Under the pieces are notes generated by a model that saw only the letters and a list, made by a program, of their open reading frames with translations, was not told the origin of the DNA and searched no databases. From the NCBI GenBank assembly GCA_010015585.1, contig ML975165.1: a stretch of 64,000 nt of DNA; one strand, 5' to 3'. The first letter of the stretch is position 1, and the number at the start of each line of letters is the position of its first letter. The translations under genes were made by a program, and so were the position numbers. Of this stretch, positions 63,879 through 64,000 are shown one piece after another. The stretch comes from Eremomyces bilateralis CBS 781.70 (taxonomy: Eukaryota).

Positions 63879-64000
63879 TGAGAGATGTTTGCTTGACAGT
63901 ATTGCACATATTCACCGGCTTCCTCTTGTACCAAAGAGGTTGCAACGGATTGTTATTACCATGCTTTATGGACGACGAACTTTGCATTCGTTTATTTCAC

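Overview
Gene-dense, intron-containing genomic DNA from a filamentous ascomycete (Pezizomycotina-type GT-AG introns with CTRAY branch points). I find about 25 protein-coding genes and no rRNA, tRNA or CRISPR. Housekeeping genes include POL2 (3' end runs off the window), COX20, RCL1, an RTC4-domain protein, SmD1, DMC1 (16 introns), a CNBP/Gis2 zinc-knuckle protein, THR4, UAP1/QRI1 and mitochondrial LysRS. Catabolic or regulatory genes include two 2OG-Fe(II) dioxygenases, an APC permease, an L-rhamnonate dehydratase with a RhaR-like Zn2Cys6 factor, a GH13 alpha-amylase, a cupin and a bZIP factor. There is one intact Fot1/pogo DNA transposon. Three observations stand out. (1) A spliced, signal-peptide-bearing gene at 18386-19055, seen only as a fragment in the ORF track, whose mature protein resembles the bacterial type VI secretion Hcp tube protein by eye. 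(2) A secreted-type RidA/YjgF imine deaminase divergently paired with a secreted L-amino-acid oxidase. (3) A TA-xxx array around the transposon that reads like about 12 stacked excision footprints. All family calls come from motif recognition, with no database search. Exon boundaries were inferred by hand.
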